Part shown: piece by piece, positions 8,666-17,820 of the stretch
How the letters are laid out: each line of letters begins with the position of its first letter
How positions within the stretch are numbered: the first letter of the stretch is position 1
Origin: a bacterium
GTDB lineage: Bacteria > CAYTYR01 > UBA6262
Length of the DNA: 64,000 nt
Direction of reading: 5' to 3'
Assembly (NCBI GenBank): GCA_028712365.1
Contig: JAQTQE010000002.1
Location: 22,366 to 86,365 of the forward strand
The notes under the pieces: generated by a model
Databases searched by the model: none
Seen by the model: only the letters and a program-made list of their open reading frames with translations
Told to the model about the DNA's origin: nothing
Translations under genes and position numbers: made by a program

Positions 8666-9880
8666 TTAAAGGTGCCGAGAGATCTTCCCTTTCAGTTCGG
8701 TAAAGTTCGGGGTAATATTTTCTTTCTTACGCCCGAAACAAACACCCATTCTTTCATGGAACCTGACCTGGTCCAGGTCAACAAAACGCTGTTTGATCGC
8801 TTCAGCCGTAGGAATATACTTTACATCTTTGCCTTCAACTCCGGCTACGGTTACCCCGGTGATGCCTTTTTTCAGGAGCAATACGGCAGCGGCTCCTGCT
8901 TCTTTGCCGAAATTGACGTCATACGCGGAAGAATGGCCGGCTCTGACCAAATGGCCTGGAGTGACCGAGCGGATCTCCGGGATCTCATTAATGCCTTTTA
9001 CGTACATATGGTTCTTAATCATATGCTCTTTGGTTTTTGAATCAGCTTTCATCCGCTTGGAAACTTCCTGCACCACATATTTCGCCGCTCCAGCCAGCTT
9101 CTTATGGCCAAAAGCGTCAATGCCTGACGATTCATCATAAAGTTCGGTACCATCAGAGTTCCGCAGGCCTTCTGCTACTACTATCGTATAAGTGCCGGCC
9201 AGGACATCGCTTTCTTCTATCCGGCTCCAATAACGTTTGCTGATGTGCTGGTATAATAAATCGAAATCCACGGGGATCTCAGGGATCAGGATAGCATCCG
9301 AGTCCGCGCCAATGCCGCCACGGAAAGCAGTATGACCGGCATAACGGCCAAATACTTCAATGACCATGATCCGGTTATGGGTGCGGCCGGTAGTCTTTAG
9401 TTCCTGCACGAAATTAGTGATGCGGTTAATAGTAGAATCCGCGCCGACAGAATAAGTTTGCAGGTCCAGGTCCATGGTCTTAGGGGCATGGACGCAGGGA
9501 ATGCCCTGCTGGATCAGGTCCACCATCACACTGCCGGAATCATCTCCGCCGCTGATGACCAGACCGTCTATTTTAAATTTATTCAAACCGTCTTTGATCC
9601 TTTTATATTTATCCGGGTCATCGATCTTTTTGATCTTGACACGGGAATGCCCGGCTTCACTGCCAGCCAGGTTTGATTCGACTGAATCAATGCGCTCCGG
9701 TTGCAGGCTGACCAATTTTTCAAAGTCAACCAGGTTGTACAATCCGGCATAGCCGTTGGGGATAACAAAGACTTCGATCCCTTCTTTGTGCGCCATTTGG
9801 GCAGTGCCTTTCACCACAGCATTCAAGCCGCCGCAATCGCCACCGCTGGTAATTATGCCTATCCGTTTAATCTCACCCAT
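8666..9880 (-). CDS. pfp: Phosphofructokinase, PPi-dependent signature
   Basis: TSGGDCGGLN, GGDDS (Asp104-type), PKTMDLD (Lys124-type). Start MGEIK with SD AGGAGG. Confidence 0.85.
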   Translation of the reverse strand: MGEIKRIGIITSGGDCGGLNAVVKGTAQMAHKEGIEVFVIPNGYAGLYNLVDFEKLVSLQPERIDSVESNLAGSEAGHSRVKIKKIDDPDKYKRIKDGLNKFKIDGLVISGGDDSGSVMVDLIQQGIPCVHAPKTMDLDLQTYSVGADSTINRITNFVQELKTTGRTHNRIMVIEVFGRYAGHTAFRGGIGADSDAILIPEIPVDFDLLYQHISKRYWSRIEESDVLAGTYTIVVAEGLRNSDGTELYDESSGIDAFGHKKLAGAAKYVVQEVSKRMKADSKTKEHMIKNHMYVKGINEIPEIRSVTPGHLVRAGHSSAYDVNFGKEAGAAAVLLLKKGITGVTVAGVEGKDVKYIPTAEAIKQRFVDLDQVRFHERMGVCFGRKKENITPNFTELKGKISRHL

Positions 9881-9926
9881 GATTCTTTTTCTTCCTCCTT
9901 GGTTTAGGGTTTTCTTGGAATAAAAA

Positions 9927-9955
9927 ATTATAGCAAATAAACAGCTAAAAGTAAA
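9927..9955 (-). promoter_or_regulatory. Putative sigma70 promoter of pfp
   Basis: TTTACT, 17 nt, TATAAT on the minus strand. Confidence 0.5.
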
Positions 9956-9962
9956 TAAATTC

Positions 9963-10673
9963 TTATTGCTTTGCCAGGTCGTAACTAACAAGCAAATCTT
10001 TATTGGAAAGGATCTCAGCCGCCGGGCCAAAAGCCTTTAATCGTCCCCGGTTCAGGATGGCTACCTTGTTGCATAGGATACCGACCAATTCCAGATCATG
10101 AGTGGCGATGAGTTTAGTTATATTCAGGTTTTTCAGCAAGTCGATCAGCTCCCAGCGGTGTTTAGGATCCAGGTTACTGGAAGGTTCATCCAGGGCCAGT
10201 ATCTTGGGTTTCATGGAGAGCACTGTAGCCAAAGAGATACGTTTCTTTTCACCGAAACTTAAATGATGGGAAGAGCGAAATTTAACCGGGAGCATATCTA
10301 CTTCTTGCAGGGCCAAGTCCACCTGCCAATTGACTTTGTCTTTACTCCAGCCCATATTGATCGGGCCGAAAGCTACGTCATCATAAACTGATGGCATGAA
10401 TAGCTGATGTTCAGGATCCTGAAAAACCAGGGCAACTTTTTCCCTGACCTGACGAATGGTATCAGGAGTAACTTCCAAACCGTCTATCAGGATATGGTTT
10501 TGTCCAGGCAAGATGCCGTTCAAATGTAATAACAAGGTTGATTTACCGGCACCATTGGGTCCGATCAACCCGACACAATCCCCTTCTTCCACATCCAGGG
10601 AGACGTTTTCCAGGGCCAGGTTACCGTCAGGATAAGTATAGGAAAGTTCTTTGATCTCGATCAATGGGCTCAT
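9963..10673 (-). CDS. cbiO: ECF transporter ATPase (CbiO/EcfA type)
   Basis: GPNGAGKST, VFQDPEHQLF, LSFGEKKR, LDEPSSNLD. Confidence 0.85.
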   Translation of the reverse strand: MSPLIEIKELSYTYPDGNLALENVSLDVEEGDCVGLIGPNGAGKSTLLLHLNGILPGQNHILIDGLEVTPDTIRQVREKVALVFQDPEHQLFMPSVYDDVAFGPINMGWSKDKVNWQVDLALQEVDMLPVKFRSSHHLSFGEKKRISLATVLSMKPKILALDEPSSNLDPKHRWELIDLLKNLNITKLIATHDLELVGILCNKVAILNRGRLKAFGPAAEILSNKDLLVSYDLAKQ

Positions 10674-11395
10674 CGCAGGCTATACTCCAGTATCTTGATC
10701 AGCACAAAGATGCTTAGCGCTGAAAAACCAAAAATATAATCCCTGTTCTTCAAGCTGAAGTCATCCAAAGTCCTGATAGTCCCGTCAAATCCCCGGGACA
10801 ACATGGCCTTGTAGATACGCTCGCTGCGTTCATAGGAAGAGATAAAAACTACGCCAATAATATTGGCCAATACCTTGGTATGGAACCACGCGGTACCGCC
10901 TACGGTCCGGGAATCCTTAGCCATCCTGATACTCATCAATTCATCAGTGATCACAAAAAGATAACGGTACATGAATGAAAAGATCATGACCAGGATAACG
11001 GGAATTTTTAATTTTTGCAGGGCTTTCAGAAAATAGGAAAAACTGGTAGAAGAGATAAGCAGGATCATGGCCAGGATCGACAAATAAGCTTTAGCCAGTA
11101 TTAATAAACTAAACCAGGGTTGGCTGCGATGGTAAAAAAGCGAGAATAGGGCAAAAATCAGGATCAAAGGCAAACTCGCCAGGGATTTACGCACGATGCG
11201 GCCAGGCGGGACCTTAGTCAGCAGAACACACAGGATAAGAATAAAAGCATAGAAAATCAGGGAAAAAGCTTTGGTTAATGGCGTTAGATTTACCAGGATA
11301 ACGAATAATAAAGCGGCAATTATTTTAAATCGCGGGTCGATCTTCTGCAGTATCCCGTTGACCTGGGAATACTCGTCGGCAAAATGGTGTTTCAT
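10670..11395 (-). CDS. cbiQ: ECF transporter T component (CbiQ type)
   Basis: IDPRFKI, FMYRYLFV, AKDSR, SYERSERIYKAMLSRGF (two X-R-X motifs). Confidence 0.85.
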   Translation of the reverse strand: MKHHFADEYSQVNGILQKIDPRFKIIAALLFVILVNLTPLTKAFSLIFYAFILILCVLLTKVPPGRIVRKSLASLPLILIFALFSLFYHRSQPWFSLLILAKAYLSILAMILLISSTSFSYFLKALQKLKIPVILVMIFSFMYRYLFVITDELMSIRMAKDSRTVGGTAWFHTKVLANIIGVVFISSYERSERIYKAMLSRGFDGTIRTLDDFSLKNRDYIFGFSALSIFVLIKILEYSLR

Positions 11396-12006
11396 TAAAT
11401 ATACCCTTTTAATATATAATACAAGAACTTGATATATTCTTCATTGGTAGACATCATGGCTTTTTCCGAGTGCCACCAGTTGTTTCTGGTGTACCAGCTT
11501 TCCTGCACCGGATAGATCATGACCTTAATGCCGGAGTTTTTATAAACGTTTTTAAAGGTATAGAAGGCACGTTTGGTGTGGAATGGTTCTGAAACAACGA
11601 TCAAGGATTTAAAATTGCGTTTTTTGCACTCTGCCAGGCTTAAGGTCGCATCATCATGCGTGCTCATGGAATCAAGGAGAGGAATGATCCGGTCCCAGGG
11701 TACGCCGCGGGCATTAGCCAGTTTGCGGCCTTGTAGGGCCCAGTGAAATACCGGACCGCTCATGATCTGTTCGAATTCCCCGGTCATCATAACCTGGTCA
11801 GCATATTTTTCGCGATATAGTTTCGCACCCTGCAGGACTCTTTCGCCCCTGCCGCCGCCCAGTACCAGGATAGCGTCGGCTTTTTCGAGCTTGTCCTGGT
11901 AAATGAGCCAGCCCCCCATTTGTCCCAGCCAGAATTTGTAGAATAGCGGGAATTGGAGCATAATGAAGCACAGCACTAATAAAATATATTTTGTTGGTCT
12001 TTTCAT
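11395..12006 (-). CDS. YdcF/DUF218 family protein
   Basis: KADAILVLGGG, STHDDA, IVVSEPFHTKRA, EYIK. Confidence 0.85.
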   Translation of the reverse strand: MKRPTKYILLVLCFIMLQFPLFYKFWLGQMGGWLIYQDKLEKADAILVLGGGRGERVLQGAKLYREKYADQVMMTGEFEQIMSGPVFHWALQGRKLANARGVPWDRIIPLLDSMSTHDDATLSLAECKKRNFKSLIVVSEPFHTKRAFYTFKNVYKNSGIKVMIYPVQESWYTRNNWWHSEKAMMSTNEEYIKFLYYILKGYI

Positions 12007-12027
12007 GATTGTTTTATCTTCAGTGTA

Positions 12028-12315
12028 TTTTGTTCACTTAGGGTATATTGGCTCGCTGTCACGCTGAGTCATTCCGAAAAACGAGTCGATTTCCCCGGCG
12101 CGGAAATCGCTCTCTATCTCGCTTGAGTTCTCCCGCAAGGCGGGAGGTGAAGAGTCCATGCCAACTCAAGCTTCCGAAGGTTTTCTCCATGACATTCAGC
12201 GGCCGCGCTCGCCTATACTTATAGATTCGCTCAAAAAACAACCGAGTTCCCTGATCTATACAGTTACCGTTATCATCAGAGTAACTGGGAGTGGCGAGGG
12301 TATTAGACAAGACCC
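12028..12315. other. Highly structured intergenic element (ncRNA or MITE-like)
   Basis: Nested stems CGCTGA/TCAGCG, GTCAT/ATGAC, CGATTTCC/GGAAATCG, GCTTGAGTT/AACTCAAGC, CTCCCGC/GCGGGAG, plus TATAGAT/ATCTATA, CAGTTAC/GTAACTG, GGGT/ACCC. Confidence 0.55.
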
Positions 12316-12332
12316 TGGTAAACAATATAGTT

Positions 12333-12902
12333 CTATTTCGGTAAATTAAGGGTGATGTCCACGTCTTTCTTTTCATCTTCCGAGATACGGAACATCTCTT
12401 TCTCGCCATAGCCCAGCATATTAGCCACGATCATATCCGGTATCTGGTTGATGCGGATATTGTAGATATTCACACTGTCATTATACAATTCGCGCCGGTC
12501 AGCCAGCTCTGATTCCAGGCCGCTGATGCGGCTTTGTAATTGGGTGATATTGGTATTGGATTTCAGCTCCGGATAGGCCTCCCCTACTGCCCAAATGCTT
12601 CCGAGTGCCCTGGTCAGGTTCCCCTCTTTCGCTGCTTTATCAGCTACACCGGAAGCGTTCATGGCGGCGGTGCGCAATTCAATCACTCGTTCCAACGTGC
12701 CACGTTCATACTGGGTGAACTGTTCGCAGATCTTGATCAGTTTTGGTATCTCGTCATGCCGTTGTTTCAGGATAACATCAATATTAGCCCAGGCTTTTTC
12801 GATATTACGCGAGACCCTGATCAATCCATTGTAGACAGTAAACGCATAGCTAATTACCCCGATCACCAGGAACAGGAATATTAACAACACAAATATACCC
12901 AT
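12333..12902 (-). CDS. lemA: LemA family protein
   Basis: Single N-terminal TM; AWANIDVILKQRHDEIPKL, EAYPELKSN, RRELYNDSVNIYN. Confidence 0.93.
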   Translation of the reverse strand: MGIFVLLIFLFLVIGVISYAFTVYNGLIRVSRNIEKAWANIDVILKQRHDEIPKLIKICEQFTQYERGTLERVIELRTAAMNASGVADKAAKEGNLTRALGSIWAVGEAYPELKSNTNITQLQSRISGLESELADRRELYNDSVNIYNIRINQIPDMIVANMLGYGEKEMFRISEDEKKDVDITLNLPK

Positions 12903-12938
12903 GTTTTCCTCCTTTTTTAAATGCGATCACGTGGCGGA

Positions 12939-13880
12939 TTAAAAATAAATGGTAGCCATTTTAATTAAACCAACGATGCAGCCTGACGCGAGTAAAGCAC
13001 CAACGATGATGGCTAGTAGAGACTGCCAATAGAGTTTCTCTAAAAGTTCTTTTTCACTTTTTTCCGAAATAATAAAAACAGTTTCTTCCTGTCCCTTATC
13101 GATCACGAAACTGGTTTCCTGGGCTTGTTCAGGCTGTTTTAATTGATCTTCCAGCATCCCTTCCTTGATCTTGGCAACTGCCTGCTCCCATTCATACACA
13201 CTTATCGTGCCGTCGCCGTCACGGTCGAATTTCATCATTTCTTCAGGCTTGGCCTTAATTTCCCTCAAGCGCTCATTGAGCTTGATCTTAAAGTCAGAAA
13301 CAAAGTTTTCATTCCTGGCTACGGAGCCTAATACATAGACCTGATCATTAGGACAAATGTTCCATTCCCGGAAGCGCATACGCTGCTTACCGAACCAGGT
13401 CTGGTACCTGATATTATTTTGTTCCAGGAAATTAACTAAATTAGAGGGTATGTCACCCCCGAATAAACCAGATTCGAAACTGAAATCCGGTTGATCTAAA
13501 TTTATCTCAGCGCGCCTGGGATTGATCAGTACCTTTCCTGTGCCATCGTCTAGATGAAAAAGGTTGTCATTACTGGCGCCATTCGCTACTTTAACCCAAC
13601 TGCTATTCTTTCCGTGGCGTTCATAGCGTTCCACCAGGAATTTATAAAAGACGCAATCCCTGCCGGATATGGGACCTTTCAGCGTGTATAGCCATGGAGT
13701 TGCCTTACCCTGCAATTCCACCAATCCCATAGCCATGGAGCGGATCTTGGAGGTAGGGATATTCTCGATCAATCTTTTGCGCCGCCATTTTCTAAATCCA
13801 TCAAAGAACAACCAGATACCGGCGCCGGAAAATATGGCCAGAATAAGTATAGCCTTTATGGTATCGGCATTGCTTTTCAT
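12939..13880 (-). CDS. GIDE-domain membrane protein with EF-hand loop
   Basis: LIENIPTSKIRSMAMGLVELQG, FHLDDGTGKVLINP, DQVYVLG, FVI; DRDGDGTISVYE loop; terminal TMs; adjacent to lemA. Confidence 0.7.
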   Translation of the reverse strand: MKSNADTIKAILILAIFSGAGIWLFFDGFRKWRRKRLIENIPTSKIRSMAMGLVELQGKATPWLYTLKGPISGRDCVFYKFLVERYERHGKNSSWVKVANGASNDNLFHLDDGTGKVLINPRRAEINLDQPDFSFESGLFGGDIPSNLVNFLEQNNIRYQTWFGKQRMRFREWNICPNDQVYVLGSVARNENFVSDFKIKLNERLREIKAKPEEMMKFDRDGDGTISVYEWEQAVAKIKEGMLEDQLKQPEQAQETSFVIDKGQEETVFIISEKSEKELLEKLYWQSLLAIIVGALLASGCIVGLIKMATIYF

Positions 13881-14006
13881 ATATGATCTTTTCCTAACCG
13901 CGGTTGTAGTCTGTCAAAACAATAAACACATTGCAGGTTGCAACGGTTCATAGTTCTTGTGGAATATTCCAGGTAGATTATTTTTATGCAATTCATACGG
14001 AAACTT

Positions 14007-14528
14007 TCAGGGAAGTTCTTTTCTCACCAATGAAGTTATTTTGAGCATCAGGGAGTCAATCGCTGGGCTGGCTGATTTTCCCCAGGCCGGCGATTTCATC
14101 ACAATATACTCACCTTTTTGGAAAGAAAAGCGCGGCGGGTAGGCATCTTGAGTCCCTGCCGGACGGTTATACTGGGCGTTAGCCAGTCGATTATATTTAA
14201 TGATCTGTTCCTCGGTCAGGGATATTTTATAGAGGTATATTTCAAAATAGGGATTATAGTCTTCAGGATGCTGGCTGTCTTTGGTCACGGTATTATTGGT
14301 ATCGGTGACGGTCAGCAGGAAGCCGGGTAATTTGGCATAATCCTGGATCTCCAGTGATTGCGCGGCCCGTTCATACATCGGAATGCCATCAGCTTTTTCC
14401 GTGACTGTCCAGCCCTCAGGCAGGATACGGCGTACTTTTATGGTTAAAGGCTGTTCCTCAGCGTAAAGCGGCAAGGCCAGGACCAAAAACATACTTAAAA
14501 ACAAAGCGAGCAAAATAATTTTTTTCAT
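14007..14528 (-). CDS. Hypothetical exported protein
   Basis: Signal peptide MKKIILLALFLSMFLVLALPLYA, SD AGGAG; no family recognised. Confidence 0.65.
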   Translation of the reverse strand: MKKIILLALFLSMFLVLALPLYAEEQPLTIKVRRILPEGWTVTEKADGIPMYERAAQSLEIQDYAKLPGFLLTVTDTNNTVTKDSQHPEDYNPYFEIYLYKISLTEEQIIKYNRLANAQYNRPAGTQDAYPPRFSFQKGEYIVMKSPAWGKSASPAIDSLMLKITSLVRKELP

Positions 14529-14559
14529 TTTTATTCTCCTAGTTAAATGATTATCAGCC

Positions 14560-15093
14560 TTATCTTTTATTGACAGTAGCGATATCACCGCCAGCCGAGG
14601 TCCGGAAAGCTAGTTGATAATCGATCATGTCTTCCTGGTACACGGAAATAACTTCAAAGGTGCTGACCCTTCCCGCAAGTAAAGGCTGGGCCTGGATCCG
14701 GTCCGTGTCCGTACGAACCAGATTCCCATATTTATCATACCAGCGTACAATAACCTCAACGTTAGGCAAAGTTATAGACTCAAGGTTCTTAACCTCTCCG
14801 GTGACCGCGATCCGGTCAGGCAACGGTTTATAGCTTTGCGAATAGTTGATCTGCAAACTGGCCACTGGGAAAGAAAACACACTATCTTTCCTCGACCAAC
14901 TTCCGGTGAATATGTTCCGTAAGAATGGCATCCTGGTGGCGACTACTAGAGCAATAACCATGATGACCAGCAGGATGATCAGCCGGATCTCTGATTCCAT
15001 GGAAATTTTATGGGGGCTGGCGCCGCAATGGGGACAATACGTGGCTTTAGTGCTTATCTTGTGTCCGCATTCCCGGCAGTAGATTAAGGACAT
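14560..15093 (-). CDS. Zinc-ribbon + TM + FxLYD-like Ig domain protein
   Basis: CRECG...CPHCG, hydrophobic segment, then VTGEVKN...NVEVIVRWYDKYG. Confidence 0.7.
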   Translation of the reverse strand: MSLIYCRECGHKISTKATYCPHCGASPHKISMESEIRLIILLVIMVIALVVATRMPFLRNIFTGSWSRKDSVFSFPVASLQINYSQSYKPLPDRIAVTGEVKNLESITLPNVEVIVRWYDKYGNLVRTDTDRIQAQPLLAGRVSTFEVISVYQEDMIDYQLAFRTSAGGDIATVNKR

Positions 15094-15108
15094 AGAGGCT
15101 CTTGGTAT

Positions 15109-16404
15109 TTAGATTTTGCTCTTTACCAGAATGTCGAAGTCACCCATGGTGGAGATCAATGACACTAACATATATTCATCATCCGCGCCGAATAAGAATT
15201 TATTTTTGCTCCGGTTATCATAGCAAACCGGGGGCAGCGTAGTGAAGTTAAGGCCTACACTGGACAATTTTGAGCAGCTATTGCCATCAATTATATTCAG
15301 GAATTCCTTGACCGCGTCGATAACCGCGTCGTTTACCTGGATGATCTCTTTGCTGTACATGACCGAAGCGGTGCGCAGCGTAACTGCCTCCGAAAGGTTG
15401 AAAATAAAAGCAATGTCAATGTTCCCCTTCCCTTTTTGCTCAAAGGTATAATCTTGCAAGGTGAAAGTTTTGGCCGCCGGGATACAAGCCCTTACTTTAA
15501 CCATTTCCCCGGCTATTTTCTGGAATATCTTGATCGTATAATCAATGAAGCTCTTGACGATGATCTGGTTCTTGACCTTTTCCAACCCTTTGGTGATCTC
15601 CCATTCTTCCTTGCTTTCTTCTTCTTTATAGGCCTTTAGTTCCAGGTCCAGTTCCTGCATGTTCAAGGCGCCGGTTTTGACCAGGGCTTCCCCGATATAA
15701 ATACGTGATTTCTTCTGTTCCGCCAATACCGAGTCCAATTTATCTTTGGTTATCAATTTTTCTTCCAAGATGATGGTCGGCAGATCCTTATCCAGGTTTT
15801 TCTTTTGGATGTCTTTGATGCGCATAATATCTTTGCCGTTCAAGTGGCCGTCCTGGATAAGCAATTGTTCCAGGCTGATATTGATATTCTTCTGGTAAGT
15901 TATGGCATTAAGCAGCTGCTCTTTGGTGATGCGGTGTTTTTCCAGCAGGTATTGGCCGAAAAAGCGCATGCCCATGATAATACCTTTAAATGACAGGCCA
16001 ATACTGACCTTAGTGGATTTTGAATCTTCTTTTTGGCGCAGTTCGCGCAGTTCGCGCAGGAAATGTTCCTGGTCAAATGGTTTTTGGATGAAATGCTTGG
16101 CGCCACGGCGCAGGCAATCTACAACCATATCTTCTGTGCCTAATGAAGAGACCATGATCACCCTGGCGTTGGCGTCAATATCCAGTATCTTATCCAAGAT
16201 TTCCGGGCCGGTTTGTTCGGGTAAAACAATATCCAGCAGGACAATGTCGGGTTTAGTCCGGGCATACATCTCCAAAGCGGTAGCGCCGTCCTGACATTGG
16301 CCGACAATCTCAAATTCTGTTCCTTTGAGCATGTCAGTGATCACTGACAGCATAAAGGAAGAATCATCCACGATCATGATCCTGGTTCTTTTCTCTGCAG
16401 ACAT
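15109..16404 (-). CDS. Receiver domain - MshEN-like repeats - CheX fusion
   Basis: IVDDS, LLDIVLP, VSS, KPF (receiver); FFGQYLLEKHRITKEQLLNAITYQ and YIGEALVKTGALNMQEL repeats; KEFLNIIDGN (CheX ExxN). Confidence 0.75.
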   Translation of the reverse strand: MSAEKRTRIMIVDDSSFMLSVITDMLKGTEFEIVGQCQDGATALEMYARTKPDIVLLDIVLPEQTGPEILDKILDIDANARVIMVSSLGTEDMVVDCLRRGAKHFIQKPFDQEHFLRELRELRQKEDSKSTKVSIGLSFKGIIMGMRFFGQYLLEKHRITKEQLLNAITYQKNINISLEQLLIQDGHLNGKDIMRIKDIQKKNLDKDLPTIILEEKLITKDKLDSVLAEQKKSRIYIGEALVKTGALNMQELDLELKAYKEEESKEEWEITKGLEKVKNQIIVKSFIDYTIKIFQKIAGEMVKVRACIPAAKTFTLQDYTFEQKGKGNIDIAFIFNLSEAVTLRTASVMYSKEIIQVNDAVIDAVKEFLNIIDGNSCSKLSSVGLNFTTLPPVCYDNRSKNKFLFGADDEYMLVSLISTMGDFDILVKSKI

Positions 16405-16462
16405 AGGTTCTCCTTTTTAGAGGCTGTTTTAAAAGTATGGTTATCAGTATATCAGAAGGTAC

Positions 16463-16693
16463 TCACCAGGGCAGGAACCGGTAAATAACCGCTGCCAATC
16501 CCATGGCCATTAAAGCGCCGCCGAAGACAATGCTAAGAGTATATATCATCAGTCCGGTGATCAGCAGAATAAAGCCCAGCACGAACGAGTAATCCTTGAT
16601 CATTTGCCTTTCTTCGTCCTGCCGCGCCTGCAGTGAAACCAGGCGGAATTTTTCCTCAATTTTCTTTTCGTCTTGTGGTAATAATTTTGGCAT
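16463..16693 (-). CDS. Small two-TM membrane protein
   Basis: Charged N-half and two hydrophobic segments; own promoter directly upstream. Confidence 0.55.
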   Translation of the reverse strand: MPKLLPQDEKKIEEKFRLVSLQARQDEERQMIKDYSFVLGFILLITGLMIYTLSIVFGGALMAMGLAAVIYRFLPW

Positions 16694-16707
16694 AAACAAT
16701 TAAATTA

Positions 16708-16736
16708 ATTATAGGAATAATTTAGATTAAAGTCAA
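16708..16736 (-). promoter_or_regulatory. sigma70-type promoter
   Basis: TTGACT, 17 nt, TATAAT. Confidence 0.7.
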
Positions 16737-16739
16737 GAA

Positions 16740-17798
16740 TTATTCGGTTATTTTTGGGAGAGACGGATCAAGTTTCTTAGACTGGGAAGCGTTTTCCAGC
16801 CGGTCACTGAAGCGTTCCAACTGGCGCTCTGATTCTTCAAATTTGTTACGGGCGTTGGTCAGATGGCTGCCGAGAACGCGGAAATCATCTTGAAACTTGT
16901 GGAAATCGTTGCGCAACTGGTTAAGATAAATAATGATCTGTTGGGCATTTTTTTCTACCTGCAGCCCTTTCAGTCCCAGGACTATCGATTGGAGGTAAGC
17001 GAAAAAACTGTTCGGTGAAACAGGCACCACTTTTTTTTGCAAGGCATAATGATAGATTGTGCCTTCTTCTTTGATGATAGTCTCATAAAAAACGTTTTCC
17101 GCGGGGATATACATCAAGGCGAAATCAAAAGTCCCTTCTTCCGGCAGGATATATGAGGAAGATATTTTATCAATGTGGTTTTTTACATCGCGGTAAAAAT
17201 CCTTCTTGAACCGGTTCTTTTCCGGCTCAACCACGCATTCCATGGCCTTTTTGAAATTTTCATACGGAAACTTGGAATCAACCGGTACCAGCTTGTCTCC
17301 CAGCAGGATGACGGCATCGACTTGCTGGCCGTTCTTGAATTTATGTTTCAGGGTATAATTTTGCACCGGGAGGATATCATGCAGAAGGTTCTCCAGCATT
17401 AATTCCCCTATGCCGCCGCGAAAAGATGGCGCGCGCAGCAGGTCACTCAGCTTGGAGATGTCCTTGCCGATCATGAATATCTGTTGGTTTGATTCATAGA
17501 GTTTGCCCAAACTCGAATCTACCCGGCTGATGACCTGGGCAGTGGAATCCAGGCGGTTACCTATGTTTTGGTTGGTTTCCTGCAAGATCTTCGAACTTTC
17601 GAAAAGCCGCTGGTTGACTTGCGTGGATATGGCATTGATCTGGTTATTGAGCTGTCCGCTGATCTGGGAGAGTTGCTGCTGCAGTAAAACGACGGATTGG
17701 TCTGTTTCAGGTTTCCTGGTTTTGTATAATAAAAATAAAATAGCCGCCAAAAGAACAAGTATTATTATTCCTAAGCCGACTATTATAAGGTTGGTCAT
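16740..17798 (-). CDS. rmuC: DNA recombination protein RmuC
   Basis: RGGIGELMLENLL, PVDSKFP, FDFALMYIPAENVF, PVSPNSF. Start MTNL with SD AAGGGGG. Confidence 0.93.
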   Translation of the reverse strand: MTNLIIVGLGIIILVLLAAILFLLYKTRKPETDQSVVLLQQQLSQISGQLNNQINAISTQVNQRLFESSKILQETNQNIGNRLDSTAQVISRVDSSLGKLYESNQQIFMIGKDISKLSDLLRAPSFRGGIGELMLENLLHDILPVQNYTLKHKFKNGQQVDAVILLGDKLVPVDSKFPYENFKKAMECVVEPEKNRFKKDFYRDVKNHIDKISSSYILPEEGTFDFALMYIPAENVFYETIIKEEGTIYHYALQKKVVPVSPNSFFAYLQSIVLGLKGLQVEKNAQQIIIYLNQLRNDFHKFQDDFRVLGSHLTNARNKFEESERQLERFSDRLENASQSKKLDPSLPKITE

Positions 17799-17820
17799 TA
17801 TTGCCCCCTTCAAAGGGGAG

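Noticed and set aside
12059-12409. 116-aa minus ORF and 63-aa plus ORF across the structured element
   Set aside because: Overlaps lemA out of frame, no motifs, and composition is explained by the hairpins.
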